From: Stegostoma tigrinum
Lineage: Eukaryota
Length of the DNA stretch: 64,000 bases
Assembly (NCBI RefSeq): GCF_030684315.1
Contig: NC_081365.1
Span: 61,186,481 to 61,250,480, forward strand
Reading direction: 5' to 3'
Of the stretch, positions 61,991 through 64,000 are shown piece after piece. The notes beneath the pieces are model-generated. The model ran no database searches. It saw nothing but the letters and a program-made list of their open reading frames with translations, and was not told where the DNA came from. A program made the position numbers and the translations under genes. Numbering within the stretch: the stretch's first letter is position 1; each line of letters opens with the position of its first letter.

Positions 61991-64000
61991 GTTTGGCAAC
62001 CAAACTGTCCTTATTTGATAGCAAATTGTCTGGAACCTTAACGACTTGGGGAACTCAGCCGGGCTTGGCTATAACAAAAGGGGACAGGCAGTGGTGATTT
62101 AAACCACAAATAATTTGTACCTAAAGCCTAGAGATGATTGAGGGATCAGGGACAAAGGACAGAGGAAAGACACAGTAGCAAGCTCCCTGGAAAGCTGATT
62201 GCCCAGAAACTATTTTGGTTGTTGTTAGTTTGGTATTCTACGGTAACCATTCAAATTTAGATCTGGGGTGGAACTTTAGTTTCTCCTATTTTCGTTAATT
62301 TTCTTTTTCATTTTACTCCATTATCATTCTTTCATTTCAATTAATCACAGATCATTTGTTTTCCTCTCTTGAATAACTATGGTTTTGTTACTCCTGCTAT
62401 ATTGTTTATCTGTAACATCTCCTGCAATCTGGTTGTGAGCAGGGAGAACTGGACACCGATGACACCCTCAGCTGTGTTTCTAGCCATTAACTGTTCATTT
62501 AAAACGATTCTTGTTTGGATTCATCAGGGAGTTCATTTGGCTGAGAGATGTCCAGCCAAGGGAAATGCTTTACGAGCAACAATTCTTTTGATTGCAGGAA
62601 TTGTGAGACACTCCCCAACACAACTTGTATTCAGGCAGTATCTGCAAGTATCATGATGCTGCTTCTGGGGTGTGTGTGCCTGTGTTCAATATACTGGACT
62701 CAGTCAGAGTTGAGCTGTAATCACACTTCATGTTCAACAAAGGCCCATTGTACAGATGGTGGAATTGCCCTTAGCATCAGACTGCACAGGAAAAGGAGCA
62801 GTCCAGTTAATTTGCTCTCCTGCTCTTTCCACATAGTCCTGTAAATTTCTCCTTTTCCATGATATATCCAGCTCTCTTTTTAAAAGTTACACCAGGGAGT
62901 TGAATCTAATGTCCACAGAACCTAACCCAGTGTGAATCAGCGTTACATTTAGTAAAAAGGAGGGAAGGAATTCTTTCAGGGTTGGATCAGCAATGGAACC
63001 GTATCCAAGATTAAAACCTAAGGCGTAAAAACCTAAAGGTTCAAACATTCGTGAGCAAGAAGCAATGAATGATGAAACAATAACGTCAAAAAGTTGAATG
63101 GGTGTGGTTTCTTCCTTTGTATGATCTCTTTGTTTTAATGATGTTTTGAACAATATATGTACATATGTAGGAAAGCAGAAGGCCTAATATTTTGATTATT
63201 TACGTAAGTCCTAGCGTGGACGTTGATAGGTGACACTGCTCTCGGTTATGTGCTGCCTGACAGGTCAGGCAGGTTCGGTAGAAACTGAACAGGGAGCCTG
63301 AATAGATTGCTTCATAACAGTGCTCTGGGGTTTGGCTTCTTTAGATTCCGCACCTACTACAGCAGATTCACTTCACCCAGTTGTTACACTAAACAGTTTA
63401 AAAAATAGCAAACTTCTTTTTGTGACCATTCATAAAGCCATCTGCGCCAGGAAAATATCACTTACACTTCTGTTTGCCTGGGTGGGGGTGGGAAGGGTGT
63501 GGTCATAGAAATAAAAGCAGCTTGAAGTATTTTCTTTAGTGAGCTTAAAATGAGGGGTCTTGTGGTGTAATGGCAGTGCCCCTGCCTCTGAGCTGGGAGG
63601 TCATGGTTCAAATCCCACCTACTCCAGAGTGTCATAATGTTTCTGACTAGGTTACAAAAATATCTATAAGCAGCCATGTTGAAAGCTAATTATTATCATG
63701 ATCCACTGAGAAATGACAGCAGACACACCTCTTAAAGGCATATTTCTAGTGCGTGGGGATTCAGTGCTGTGGGCTGCTAATTCATATTTCAATTTGACAA
63801 GTTTGTGTGTTGCCAAGAACTAGTATGGTTAAAATAGCTGTTGTAGTTTGGATTTTGAGAAGAAAAGGCTTGTATCTTCGCAGCACTTTGTCAATTCTTC
63901 AGAATGTCTAAAGGTGTTTCACAGCCAATGGGTCTTGTGAAAGTGCTGTCATTGTGGTTCAGTAAAAAAATGGGAACTCATTTATACACAGCAATGTACC

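Noticed and set aside
63555-63630. tRNA-like sequences (also 11505, 15620, 40380 and the HE1 heads)
   Set aside because: A/B-box-like motifs, but I could not fold a clean cloverleaf, and they continue into shared SINE body sequence.

Overview
Eukaryotic (vertebrate) genomic DNA, most likely from a shark/elasmobranch. This is inferred from HE1/V-SINE-like and Deu-SINE-like elements, abundant CR1 LINEs and Penelope-like elements (PLEs). Two complete spliced genes lie on the + strand. (1) A TEX55/C3orf30-like gene: 4 predicted coding exons, 16021-29820, ~266 aa, with an acidic 8-aa tandem repeat and a C-terminal DPY30/RIIa-like dimerization-docking motif. (2) Uroplakin 1b (UPK1B): 7 coding exons, 43785-56639, 260-aa tetraspanin. 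The order TEX55-UPK1B matches the mammalian locus. A CpG-rich promoter with a minus-strand splice donor at the window start points to a divergently transcribed gene that I cannot identify. The rest is mostly decayed retroelements. The most interesting signal is about 20 short PLE-derived insertions from several subfamilies. Many are flanked by clear target-site duplications and carry a minimal hammerhead ribozyme core (CUGANGA-stem II-GAAAC-NUH), in single, inverted (89-bp hairpin) and tandem (retrozyme-like) arrangements. Exon coordinates were read by hand from splice sites and frames; repeat boundaries are approximate. No database searches were run.
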